From assembly GCA_041690105.1 (NCBI GenBank), contig JAWLHX010000003.1, positions 29,126 to 93,125 of the forward strand: 64,000 nucleotides of DNA. Reading direction: 5' to 3'. This stretch comes from Phycisphaerae bacterium. GTDB lineage: Bacteria; Planctomycetota; Phycisphaerae; FEN-1346; JAACEH01. A program made the position numbers and the translations under genes. The notes beneath the pieces were generated by a model. That model worked only from the letters and a program-made list of their open reading frames with translations. It was not told where the DNA came from and did no database searches. Positions within the stretch are counted from its first letter, which is position 1; each line of letters begins with the position of its first letter. Positions 9,597-18,654 of this stretch are shown here, one piece after another.

Positions 9597-10471
9597 GGTG
9601 TTCCTTCTTCAATAAGCCTGGCGATAGCTATGCCGCTCTCTCCGGCGCAGCTATACAGCAGAAAAGTCTGGTTATCATCCTCGAAAATACACGGATCGCG
9701 CAGTTGGCGGACGCGACCTGGGGCCGCAGCGTAGCGCGACTCCTCCAGCGGCAGGTCGGCACCCTCGTAATCGGTCTCGGGCTCCAGCAGCGAGACAGGC
9801 TCGGTGGTCTGCCATTTGTGCCAGTCGCCCTCAAGAGAAACCGTCGTCAGCAGCAGATGTTCCGGGCAATCGCCCGCCCTGGAAAAGATGATCCGCAGAA
9901 TGTTGCCGCACTTCTGCACGGCTACGTGACGTTGTCGCGGCAGAATGGCCGGACCGGGTTCAAACGCGGTATGGCCATCGGGTGAGCGCATAATCAGCCC
10001 GCTCTTGTGGCCGCCCATGGTAACGCAATAAAAGGCACCCTGATGCTGGAATACGCGGAAGTAGCTTGGGCCGAGGTCGACCGTGTCGGCGGTGAAGTTC
10101 AGACCATCGGCCGAGCTGGCCAGAAAGGTGCGCTGGGCCCCGGGCACCGGCACATGAAAATACATGCGCAGCTGGCGGGCCTGATGATCGAGATGCACGT
10201 CGGGCGAGGCCACGTGGCTGTAACCGCAGGTCTGCTCGAGCCGCAAGGTGCCGGGGCGGTAGATGCGCCACGGTCCGGCAATGTCGTCGGCGTAGGCCAG
10301 GCGTATGTACTGCCCGCCATGGTGGGCGAAGTAGAGGTAGTAGCGGCCAAGGGGCTTGGGCAGCCAGTTGGGCACCCTGATGAGCGAAGGCCCGTTAATG
10401 TTGGGGCCGATGGAATCGTCGAGAGCGGGATGAATTATCGGATTTACGGGCAGGCGTTCTACCGTCAGCAA
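9590..10471 (-). CDS. Glycoside-hydrolase-like beta-propeller protein (GH43/GH130-like fold), probable non-ATG (TTG) start
   Basis: Only the C-terminal ~290 aa of track ORF 9590..11110 look protein-like (PVNPIIHPALDDSIGPNINGPSLIRVP...YLYFAHHGGQYIRLAYADDIAGPWRIY...RDPCIFEDDNQTFLLYSC). The upstream part overlaps uppP and is H/R/P-rich nonsense. First in-frame start after the uppP stop is TTG at ~10471; the stop overlaps the deacetylase start by 7 nt. Confidence 0.45.
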   Translation of the reverse strand: MLTVERLPVNPIIHPALDDSIGPNINGPSLIRVPNWLPKPLGRYYLYFAHHGGQYIRLAYADDIAGPWRIYRPGTLRLEQTCGYSHVASPDVHLDHQARQLRMYFHVPVPGAQRTFLASSADGLNFTADTVDLGPSYFRVFQHQGAFYCVTMGGHKSGLIMRSPDGHTAFEPGPAILPRQRHVAVQKCGNILRIIFSRAGDCPEHLLLTTVSLEGDWHKWQTTEPVSLLEPETDYEGADLPLEESRYAAAPGRVRQLRDPCIFEDDNQTFLLYSCAGESGIAIARLIEEGTPC

Positions 10472-10491
10472 TGCAGGTACTCCGTGAATTT

Positions 10492-11421
10492 CTAGAGGGT
10501 AAGAAGCAGGAAAAGGGCCCCCGCCGCCCAGCAATAGTAGGCGAAGACGTGGAAGTTCTGGTGTCGCAGCAGGGCCAGGAAGAAGCGGATGGCCAGTATG
10601 CCGCTGATCATGGCGGCCAGGGCCCCGACCAGCAGCGGCACGAAGCCGATTGATGCTCCGCTTTCCATGGCGTCCGGAACTTTGAGCAGGCCGGCCCCGC
10701 CAATTGCAATTACCGACATCAGGAACGAGAACTCGGCCGCGGCCACAGGGTCGATGCGCCGCCAGGTGCCGGTGATTACGGTGGTGCCCGAACGCGTAAT
10801 GCCGGGCAGAATGGAGATGGCCTGGCCGATGCCCATCAGCAGGGCAGCCATCCAGGTAGGTTTCGATTGCCAGTCGTCGGTTGCGGTGGTACGGGCGACG
10901 GCCAGCAGCAGGGTGATGATGGCCAGGACGATGAGAAAGGGAATGATCGTTCCGGCAATCAGCGAGACAATGCCCACCAGGGCTATGGGCAGAATCTCCA
11001 GCGGGGTGATGCGGGTTTTTTGCCGGGCCCAGCGGATGGACCAGACCAGGCAGCCGCTGATCATGATCATGGTGGCGGCAAAGTGTGGCTCCTCGAAGCG
11101 GGCCTCGCACCAGTCCTTGAACATAATGCCGATGAAACCGGCCGGCACGCTGGCCAGCAGAAGCTTCAGCACGTAGCGCCAGGCCTGCTTATCGCCTCCT
11201 GGCCGGCCGAGCATGCCCAGCCCCAGCCGCCAGATGCGCTGACGGTAAACAATCAAAACCGAAAGCAGGGTAGCCATGTGCACGGCCACCTCAAAAAAGA
11301 TGCCGGGGATGTCGAGCCCGAGCACCGCTTTGCCCAGTACCAGGTGGCCGGAGCTGGAGACGGGGAAGAATTCCGTCAGCCCTTGCAGCACACCGAGAAT
11401 CAGCGCATCCAACCAGGTCAT
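10492..11421 (-). CDS. uppP: Undecaprenyl-diphosphate phosphatase
   Basis: LTEFFPVSSSGHL motif, 8 TM helices, 309 aa: classic BacA/UppP. Confidence 0.9.
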   Translation of the reverse strand: MTWLDALILGVLQGLTEFFPVSSSGHLVLGKAVLGLDIPGIFFEVAVHMATLLSVLIVYRQRIWRLGLGMLGRPGGDKQAWRYVLKLLLASVPAGFIGIMFKDWCEARFEEPHFAATMIMISGCLVWSIRWARQKTRITPLEILPIALVGIVSLIAGTIIPFLIVLAIITLLLAVARTTATDDWQSKPTWMAALLMGIGQAISILPGITRSGTTVITGTWRRIDPVAAAEFSFLMSVIAIGGAGLLKVPDAMESGASIGFVPLLVGALAAMISGILAIRFFLALLRHQNFHVFAYYCWAAGALFLLLTL

Positions 11422-11616
11422 GGCAGTTCTGTTCCACTGTGGCAGCGAATTTAAGTCAGATGGTCACGAGGCGCGGGCCGACTTTGGTCAGCCCTTCGCA
11501 ACGGCAGGCAGACAGCATAGAATCCTGTAATGGTGGGGTCAAGGAATTAGGCGGGCGCCCGAGAAGGCGCAGGCAGTGGATCGGCCGGATGCGGCAGCGG
11601 GGCGGCGCCTGGTTGA

Positions 11617-12471
11617 TCAGCCGGCGGACTTGTTGGTCAACAGGCAATCCATAACTTCCATCATCCAGGCCACGTCGGTCTCGCCGACCACGCAGTAGGT
11701 AAAGCCACCGGCCTCGGCGGCCACAATGGCGTTACTGGCGAAGGAGCCGACATGATAGCTGCGACCTTCGGCGCTGCCGGCCGTGCTGCCCAGGGCCAGG
11801 CTTTGCACCTTTTCCCGCACGACAATTACGGATATTACGCCGCGATCGCTGTTGAGCACGTAGCTGCCGACCGGCCGATTGCGGAAGTAAGCCGTGCAGC
11901 AACCTCGCAGGTCCATGCCGGCTCCAAGCTCCGGAAAGGCAGGCGTGAAACCCAGTTCCTTCTTAAAAAAGGCGGCCACGGTGGCCGGGTCGGCTGCTTC
12001 GTGCAGCGTCCGGTGCGACGAGAGGTTAGCCTGGTGGATGCCGGCCAGTTCGGCCGATGCGGCCACGGCTGCTTGCGGCGAGCTCAGCTGAAAACCGATC
12101 AGTATGGCGATGGCCACCAGGGCAGCCAGGGCGGCAACGCGCGGAGCAGTGGTCCGAGCAAAGCTATATATCCGCGGTCGCAGCGGTTGCTTGCGATGGT
12201 TGGCGGTCGCGGGCTTGGCGGCGGCAGGTGCGGCGGCCATATTTTCAGCGACTGTGTTCGGTGAAAAGACCGTGCCTCGGATGGCCCCGAGCACGCTCTG
12301 CTTCAGGCCATCATCGGCCCTGATGCTGCCAAAGGCCGACCTGAGCCGGCCGCGCAGAGCCTGCGCCTGTTCGACTTTCTGTCGGCACTGCGTGCAATGC
12401 AGCAGGTGTTCCGGCTGGCTGGCGCCATCGGTCAGAGTCTGCTCGATTTCTTCGGCTGTCAGGTGCGACAT
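11617..12471 (-). CDS. Anti-sigma factor (zinc-finger, single TM)
   Basis: N-terminal HxxxCxxC zinc motif (LLHCTQCRQK), central TM segment; immediately downstream of, and 13 nt overlapping, the ECF sigma gene. Confidence 0.65.
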   Translation of the reverse strand: MSHLTAEEIEQTLTDGASQPEHLLHCTQCRQKVEQAQALRGRLRSAFGSIRADDGLKQSVLGAIRGTVFSPNTVAENMAAAPAAAKPATANHRKQPLRPRIYSFARTTAPRVAALAALVAIAILIGFQLSSPQAAVAASAELAGIHQANLSSHRTLHEAADPATVAAFFKKELGFTPAFPELGAGMDLRGCCTAYFRNRPVGSYVLNSDRGVISVIVVREKVQSLALGSTAGSAEGRSYHVGSFASNAIVAAEAGGFTYCVVGETDVAWMMEVMDCLLTNKSAG

Positions 12472-13061
12472 GAGCGTCTCTCCAGAAATCCCATTTCCCG
12501 GGCATAATCTTCAAGTTTCTCGCGAAGCATCGCCCGCGCCCGGCTGACGCGGCTCTTTACCGTGCCGACGGCAACGCCAAGCACCTCGGCCACCTCCTCC
12601 TGGCTCAGCCCTTCGACATCCGAAAGAAACAGGGCCATGCGGTGCATCTCGGGCAATTCCATCAGCGTGCTTATTACCTGCTGGTCGCTGAACTGTTCCA
12701 GCATGGTGGAAAAATCGGACGTCCCCGCCTCGCCGCCAGTGCCGGGCGAAGGTTCGGCGGCGCTTGGCAGCAGGGTTTCGTCGACGCTCAGCTCGGTGCC
12801 GACGATTTTGCGATGACGCACGCGATCGATCCAGGCATTCCGCATTATTCGCATCATCCATGCCTTGAAGTTGCTTCCCGGCCTGAAGCGCCCGAAGCTC
12901 TCCAGTGCCTTCAGGCAGGCAGCCTGAACCAGATCGCGGGCATCGTGATCGTTGGCCGTCAGGGCGCGAGCCGTGCGCAACAGCGAGTCGAGGTGCGGCA
13001 TTAAAAGCGCCTCGAACTGCTCAGCCCCGTTGGCTGCATCTGGTTGCCTGCTCATACTCAT
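12459..13061 (-). CDS. ECF (sigma-70 family, group 4) RNA polymerase sigma factor
   Basis: Sigma-70 region 2 (DLVQAACLKALESFGRF...AWMMRIMRNAWIDRVR) and region 4 HTH (LSQEEVAEVLGVAVGTVKSRVSRAR). Confidence 0.85.
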   Translation of the reverse strand: MSMSRQPDAANGAEQFEALLMPHLDSLLRTARALTANDHDARDLVQAACLKALESFGRFRPGSNFKAWMMRIMRNAWIDRVRHRKIVGTELSVDETLLPSAAEPSPGTGGEAGTSDFSTMLEQFSDQQVISTLMELPEMHRMALFLSDVEGLSQEEVAEVLGVAVGTVKSRVSRARAMLREKLEDYAREMGFLERRSCRT

Positions 13062-13090
13062 AAACGATTCAGAGCCCCAATAAGTTCCCC
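13061..13090 (-). promoter_or_regulatory. Candidate ECF-type autoregulatory promoter (GGAAC-N17-CGTT) abutting the sigma-factor start; possible leaderless transcript
   Basis: Minus-strand reads GGGGAACTTATTGGGGCTCTGAATCGTTTATGAGTATGAGC: the AAC-N17-CGTT layout resembles ECF promoters, and the -10-like element directly precedes two ATGs. Confidence 0.25.
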
Positions 13091-13326
13091 GTGTGTGTTG
13101 CAGATGATGATGCCGGCCAACTATCTGCAGTCGGGAATTCTATGCCGCCCGGGCGGGCAAGGCAAACCGTTAATCAAAACTCCGTCAATCAAACGCACGC
13201 AGCGGGATGTGCTCCGCTGCGTGCGCCATCGGTTGGACCATGGCAACTTTCAACAGTGCCGGCTGAGGTGCCAGCAACAAGTTTCAGTCGCGCCACTCGT
13301 GCGACAGGTAAACTGGCGCGGGATAC

Positions 13327-14013
13327 TTAGTGATGAGCCGGCCTGGTGGCTGGGGCCGGTGCGTCATGGCCGGTTTTCTGGGCATCGAGCCGGGCCTGTT
13401 TCTCGGCATCGGTCAGGGCGTCCCACTTATCGGGGCAGCCGGCGCAGCAGAAGGCGATTGTCTGGCCCTTGTACTGCCGCGTCAGCTCGGGCTTTACCTT
13501 GTCAGGATCGATGCGGCCTTCCATGATCGGGCAAAGCTTGTTGGCCGGAGCGGCGGCATGGCGACCCATCGGGCAGTTCTTCATCTGCTCCTTCAGGCCG
13601 GTCATGACAGCCTGGGCCTTAACCAACTCAGCGGTCGCGGTCTGGGCATCGCCACCGGCGGCTGCCTTATGGGCCGAATTAATCAGCGTCTCGAGTTCGG
13701 CAATCTTTTTGTGCGGCGACATCGGACACTTCTGGCACTGCTCTCCTTCGCACTTTTTGGCGTCCTCGGCCTTGTCGCCATCGGCTTTAGCGGCCATCAT
13801 CGGACAACCCTTTTTGCCCTCGTCGGTGGCGGCCTTGGCCGGGCAACAGCCCTTTGCTTGCTCGGCCGCGCCTTCTTTGGCTACTGCCTGGTGTCCGCCG
13901 TGGCCTCTGGCCGCGGGTTCCACAGCACCGGTGCTGATGGTCCAGAAAGCGCCAATGGCCAGAGCCAAGGCGATCATGCTCAGCAGCATCATTTTCCCAT
14001 TCGGAATTCTCAT
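13327..14013 (-). CDS. Secreted metal-binding protein with Cys-Pro-Met (CPM) repeats and a C-terminal YHS/TRASH domain (putative copper-binding chaperone)
   Basis: Start chosen at internal ATG 14013 (GGAGG RBS 9 nt upstream; MRIPNGKMMLLSMIALALAIGAFW signal peptide). Motifs GCCPAK, GCPMMAAK, CQKCPMS, NCPMGRH and a C-terminal CPIMEGRIDPDKV...YKGQTIAFCCAGCPDKW (YHS-like). Divergent from the efflux operon. Confidence 0.6.
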   Translation of the reverse strand: MRIPNGKMMLLSMIALALAIGAFWTISTGAVEPAARGHGGHQAVAKEGAAEQAKGCCPAKAATDEGKKGCPMMAAKADGDKAEDAKKCEGEQCQKCPMSPHKKIAELETLINSAHKAAAGGDAQTATAELVKAQAVMTGLKEQMKNCPMGRHAAAPANKLCPIMEGRIDPDKVKPELTRQYKGQTIAFCCAGCPDKWDALTDAEKQARLDAQKTGHDAPAPATRPAHH

Positions 14014-14174
14014 CGTGTGTAACCTCCTGCTAATGCTCAAGGTAAGAACCTGCTTCCGGCCCCCCGTGAGACCGGACTTCTGTCTGCTCGACCTCCAAAA
14101 CGTGCGGCGGGACGGAAAGGTTCCAATATTTTTCAGGAACATTCTGGCCCGGCCTGTCCGTTGATGATGATAGC

Positions 14175-15740
14175 ATGAAGACTCACATGGTCCGTTTTCA
14201 CCAGGAGGAGGAGCTTCCGCTAATGGCGAACCGCCTTTACCCGATCATCATAATGACTGCCATTCTGACTGTCGCCGCCGGCTGCACCGAAGGTTTCGGT
14301 CCTTCCAGAGCCGGGGCGGGCGAGCCTTCAACCTTGCACTATAGTCGCGCAGCCTCCGAGCGGCCGCGCACAAATATGGCTTCACGGGTGGCAGAGCTTG
14401 GGCCACAGTCGACGCTCGACGATTACATCCAGCACGCCCTGCTGAACAATCCGCAGCTTGAGGCCCAGTTCAAACGGTGGAAGGCGGCCCTGGAAGGCGG
14501 CACCATCGAGGGCACGCTGCCCGATCCGCAGTTCACCTATACCTACTTTATTGTACGCATGGGGGCCGGCCCGGCCATGGAGCAGCGGCAGCGCATGGCC
14601 CTGACGCAGGTCTTTCCGTGGTTCGGCAAGTTGCGGCTGCGCAGCCAGCAGGCCATGGACCTGGCCGCCGCCGAGGAGCAGAGGTTCCAGGCTCAGCGTC
14701 TGCAGCTCATCTACCAGGTTGCCGATGCCTGGTACGATTATTATTATCTGGCCCGCTCGGTGGAGAATACCCGGCAGGTGCGCCAGTTGACCGAGCACAT
14801 GGAAGGCGTGGCCCGGGCCCGCTACAGGGCTGCCGATACGGATCATGCCGATGTCATCCGAGCCCAGATAGAGCTGGGCCGCCTGGATGATCAGCTGGCT
14901 TCGCAGGAGGATTTGCGTCGCCCGCTGGTGGCCAGGCTGAATGCTCTGCTTAACCGGCCGACGGGGGCAGAGCTGCCCGTGCCGCCGGCCATGGAGCCGG
15001 CCCAGGTGCAGCTTGACGAGGAGCAGTTGCTGCAGTTAGCCGACAGGGCGAACCCCGAGTTGCAGGCCATTGATCATGAGAATGCGAGTCGCCGACGGGC
15101 GGTCGATCTGGCTCGCAAGCAGTATTATCCGGATGTAATGCTGGGCCTGGAGTGGATGGACATGACCGTAATGCCCGGCAGGCGTGGCGTATCCAGCGAA
15201 GACAATTGGACGTTAATGGCGGGCATCAACGTGCCCATCTGGCGGCACAAGTACGCGGCCCAGGAGCGTCAGGCCCGTTTCAGGCACATGGCCGGGCAGC
15301 GCCAGCGGGAGAATGCAGCCAATCAGCTTCAGGCCGAATTGCGGCGTGTGTTCTACGACATCCGCGACGCCGAGCGGCGCATCAACCTCTACGGCGACAC
15401 CCTGTTGCCGCGAGCCCGCGATTCGGTGCAGGTGACCGAGGCCGGCTTCCGGGCCGGTACGTCCACATTCCTTGATCTGCTGGATTCGCTGCGCGTACTG
15501 CTGGAGTTCGAATTGTCGTATCAGCAGGCCGTTGCCATGCATGGCCGCCGTCTGGCCGAGTTGCAGAAGCTGAGCGGCAGCACGGCCGCGCCTTTTTCCG
15601 GGAACGTTCCAGAGTCCCCGTCCGTTCAGACAGGTGATGCCGGCTTGCAGGCAGAGCCGGTGAAGGTGGATTCTATTGTTCCGGAAGAAGGTGGCGATGA
15701 ACTTCGAGTGGATGAACGGACTGTTACGGAAGGGCAGTAA
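14175..15740 (+). CDS. Outer-membrane efflux protein (TolC/CusC/CzcC family)
   Basis: Lipoprotein signal (LTVAAGCTEG; the true start may be the internal ATG ~14223). Two long coiled-coil/helical repeats typical of outer-membrane factors; first gene of the efflux operon. Confidence 0.75.
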   Translation: MKTHMVRFHQEEELPLMANRLYPIIIMTAILTVAAGCTEGFGPSRAGAGEPSTLHYSRAASERPRTNMASRVAELGPQSTLDDYIQHALLNNPQLEAQFKRWKAALEGGTIEGTLPDPQFTYTYFIVRMGAGPAMEQRQRMALTQVFPWFGKLRLRSQQAMDLAAAEEQRFQAQRLQLIYQVADAWYDYYYLARSVENTRQVRQLTEHMEGVARARYRAADTDHADVIRAQIELGRLDDQLASQEDLRRPLVARLNALLNRPTGAELPVPPAMEPAQVQLDEEQLLQLADRANPELQAIDHENASRRRAVDLARKQYYPDVMLGLEWMDMTVMPGRRGVSSEDNWTLMAGINVPIWRHKYAAQERQARFRHMAGQRQRENAANQLQAELRRVFYDIRDAERRINLYGDTLLPRARDSVQVTEAGFRAGTSTFLDLLDSLRVLLEFELSYQQAVAMHGRRLAELQKLSGSTAAPFSGNVPESPSVQTGDAGLQAEPVKVDSIVPEEGGDELRVDERTVTEGQ

Positions 15741-18519
15741 GGCGCGAAAAGTGGCTTCGCTGGTCCTGCTGGCGGCAATTGCCCTGCTGGTAGGCTACGC
15801 GCTTTATCCGATTGTCGCTCCTCGGACCTCCGATGAGGGTGATAGTCATGACCATGTTGCCGTCGGCGAGTCCAAGACCGTCTGGACCTGCTCCATGCAC
15901 CCGCAGATCCAGTTTACCGAGCCAGGCCTCTGCCCCATATGCTTCATGGATCTTATTCCGTTGAAAGACGGCGGCGATAAAGCTGCCATGCGGCGAATCA
16001 GCGTCAGCCAGGAGGCGGCCAAGCTGCTCGATATCGAGACGGCGCTGGTTGCGCGTCGCCCGGTCACTCGCCCGGTGCGTATGGTGGGGCAGGTGGATTA
16101 CGACGAGACGCGGCTGAAGGAAATTACCGCCTGGGTCGGTGGACGACTCGACCGGCTTTACGTCGACTTTACCGGCGTCACGGTCCGCCAGGGCGACCAC
16201 TTGGCCGAACTCTACAGCCCGGAACTGCTCGGCGCCCAGCAGGAACTGCTGCAAGCGGTGCAGAGCGTGCGCGAACTCGACGCCCGCGGCCAGTCCGGCA
16301 ACCAGGGAATTGTGGCCGCATCGGTACGCGGCACCTTGGAGGCCAGTCGCGACAAGCTGCGCCTTCTGGGGCTCTCGGACGACCAGATACGCCAGATTGA
16401 AAGCTCCGGCCAGGCCAGCGATCACGTTACCATCAGCTCGCCCATCAGCGGCATTGTCATCGAAAAAAACGTGCAGCAGGGCACCTACGTGGAGACCGGC
16501 ACGCCTATCTACAAGGTGGCCGACCTGTCGCAGGTGTGGGTCAGGCTGGATGCCTACGAGGCCGATCTGCCGTGGCTGCGTTACGGTCAGCAGGTCAGCT
16601 TTACCAGCGAGTCGCTGCCCGGCGAGGAGTTCCAGGGCACCATCACTTTTATTGATCCCGTGCTGACCGAGCAGACGCGGACGGTGAAGCTGCGCGTGAA
16701 CGTGGCCAACCCCGATCTGCGGCTGAAGCCGGGCATGTTTGTGCGGGCCGTGGTCGAAAGCTCGCTGAATGCCGCGGGCGCGGCCTCGGGCCCGGATCTG
16801 ACCGGAAAATGGATTTCGCCGATGCACCCCGAGATCATCAAAGACGGTCCCGGCGAGTGCGACGTTTGCGGCATGCCGCTGGTGCCGGCCGAGTCGCTTG
16901 GCCTTGCCGGTTCGGCTTCCGACGACAACGGGCTTCCGCTGGCCATTCCGGCCTCGGCCGTCCTACAGACTGGCAAGCGGGCCGTGGTCTACGTGCAGGT
17001 CGATCCGTTTCGTTTCGATGCGGCCAGCGTGACCGATTGGCCGGAGCTTGTGGCCCGTCTGCGGAAGTTCGGCCAAGGCCAGCATGGCGGCAATTCCGAC
17101 ATCCCGGCCGACCCGGCCCTGCGACTGTGGCAGATGATCGACCCTGATATTCGCCGGGCGGTAGTGGACTGGAATCCGGACTCCGAGCCGTCGCCGGAAC
17201 TTAAGCGGGCTCTTCTGGCCGACTTCAACCGCTTGCTCCAGCGGCGCGATCTGTATCAGCCGCAACACTGGCAAAACATCAGCCTGAGCGACCAGGCCCA
17301 AGGGCTGCTGCGGCGCGGCGTCGATAACTTGCCGCACGATCGTCTCGCGCGGCTCAATCGTCTGCTGATAGAGTCGGCCCTGCCTGATCAGCTGGCCTCC
17401 AGTGTCGATCGGCCCACTTTCGAAGGTCGGCAAATTGTCCTGGGGCCGCGGGCCGGCGATCATTTTATTGTCGCTCATGGTTTGCACGAAGGGCAGCGCG
17501 TAGTGACTCGCGGGCAGTTCAAGCTGGACAGCGAGCTTCAGATCAAGGCCAAGCCCAGCATGATGTCGCCCGAAGCTGGCAGCGGGGCGGCGGCTGGCGC
17601 TGGTCACGATCATGGTGGCGGCGAGGCCACTGAAGCGCCCGCAGCGACCGCACCGTCTCCGTCTGGAAAGGTTGAGTTGCCCGGGCTGGTCCGGCCGCAG
17701 ATGCGGGCGGTTGTGCAGGCCGGGCAGGAGTTGCAGGAGGCTGCCGGGGGCGATGATCTTGCGGCCCTGCACGGGGCGTTTGCCGAGTTGGCCCGGGCCG
17801 TCGAGCAGGTGGCCATCGAGAACCTGAGCGGCGAGTCGCTGGGCTGGTGGCGCGAGTACGCCATGCTGCTGGGCAACGATATTTTCGAAGGCCGTCAGGC
17901 CGGCGACCTGCAGCAGGCGCGGCAACTGGCCGCCCAGGCCGAAAAGCATCTGGCAGCCATGCAGAGCACGTTTGGTCTGGATGAGCACGGTGCGGCCGGC
18001 GGCGCGGCCAATCCTCAATTCAATCGGCAGCTTGATGCCGTGGTCCAGAACTACCTGTCCATGCAGGAGTCGCTGGCCCACGACGAGCCGGTGGCCCGCA
18101 GCAAGGAAATTGCAGCCGCCATGAGCCAGGCTATTGCCGCAGTCGACATGAAGCTGCTGAAGGGCGAGGACCACGATGTCTGGATGCAGCGTTCGGGCGC
18201 AATGAACCAGGCCCTCGGTAAGATGGCCGGCACTGAGGATATTGAGGCCGCACGTGTGCGCTTTGAGACTATCAGCGATGCACTGATTGTTTTGCTGCAG
18301 CGCTTCGGTGCACCGGGCGGCAAGGAGTTGTACATCGCCCATTGCCCGATGGCCTTTGACAATGCCGGGGCCGACTGGATTCAGGCCCAGCAACGCATTT
18401 TGAATTCTTACGAAGGCGAGCGCATGCTCCGCTGCGGGTCGATCAAGGACGTTATCGCTCCCTCGGCCGAGGCCGCCGATGGCGCCGCCACCGCCACGGA
18501 CGAGCACCAGGGGCATTAG
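15676..18519 (+). CDS. Heavy-metal efflux membrane fusion protein (CusB/CzcB-like) with two heavy-metal-binding domains and a C-terminal DUF3347-like extension
   Basis: The track start is an alternative codon; a likely ATG start is at ~15698 (MNFEWMNG...). N-terminal TM. Two HMBD motifs (WTCSMHPQIQFTEPGLCPICFMDL and WISPMHPEIIKDGPGECDVCGMPL), HlyD-like beta-barrel/lipoyl region, then a ~380-aa tail ending ...YIAHCPMAFDNAGADWIQ, typical of DUF3347. Confidence 0.7.
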   Translation: MFRKKVAMNFEWMNGLLRKGSKARKVASLVLLAAIALLVGYALYPIVAPRTSDEGDSHDHVAVGESKTVWTCSMHPQIQFTEPGLCPICFMDLIPLKDGGDKAAMRRISVSQEAAKLLDIETALVARRPVTRPVRMVGQVDYDETRLKEITAWVGGRLDRLYVDFTGVTVRQGDHLAELYSPELLGAQQELLQAVQSVRELDARGQSGNQGIVAASVRGTLEASRDKLRLLGLSDDQIRQIESSGQASDHVTISSPISGIVIEKNVQQGTYVETGTPIYKVADLSQVWVRLDAYEADLPWLRYGQQVSFTSESLPGEEFQGTITFIDPVLTEQTRTVKLRVNVANPDLRLKPGMFVRAVVESSLNAAGAASGPDLTGKWISPMHPEIIKDGPGECDVCGMPLVPAESLGLAGSASDDNGLPLAIPASAVLQTGKRAVVYVQVDPFRFDAASVTDWPELVARLRKFGQGQHGGNSDIPADPALRLWQMIDPDIRRAVVDWNPDSEPSPELKRALLADFNRLLQRRDLYQPQHWQNISLSDQAQGLLRRGVDNLPHDRLARLNRLLIESALPDQLASSVDRPTFEGRQIVLGPRAGDHFIVAHGLHEGQRVVTRGQFKLDSELQIKAKPSMMSPEAGSGAAAGAGHDHGGGEATEAPAATAPSPSGKVELPGLVRPQMRAVVQAGQELQEAAGGDDLAALHGAFAELARAVEQVAIENLSGESLGWWREYAMLLGNDIFEGRQAGDLQQARQLAAQAEKHLAAMQSTFGLDEHGAAGGAANPQFNRQLDAVVQNYLSMQESLAHDEPVARSKEIAAAMSQAIAAVDMKLLKGEDHDVWMQRSGAMNQALGKMAGTEDIEAARVRFETISDALIVLLQRFGAPGGKELYIAHCPMAFDNAGADWIQAQQRILNSYEGERMLRCGSIKDVIAPSAEAADGAATATDEHQGH

Positions 18520-18654
18520 ACCGGATGGGTTGCCGAGTCAAGCATCAGGGGCAGGATGCCCATGCCACTGAAAACGGCCGCAACAAATAAAGACCAGTTG
18601 CACGCCGTGTCGGTTGCCGCCACTGATGGCAACTGACCGCAGTGCGACACGAAA

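Noticed and set aside
10472-11110. N-terminal half of track ORF 9590..11110
   Set aside because: Overlaps the well-supported uppP gene in another frame, and the translation is His/Arg/Pro-rich nonsense; only the distal portion (9590..~10471) is retained as a gene.
15724-18516. Minus-strand ORFs 15724..16827 and 16963..18516
   Set aside because: Antisense shadows of the membrane fusion protein gene; no motifs, Arg/Gly/Ala-rich.
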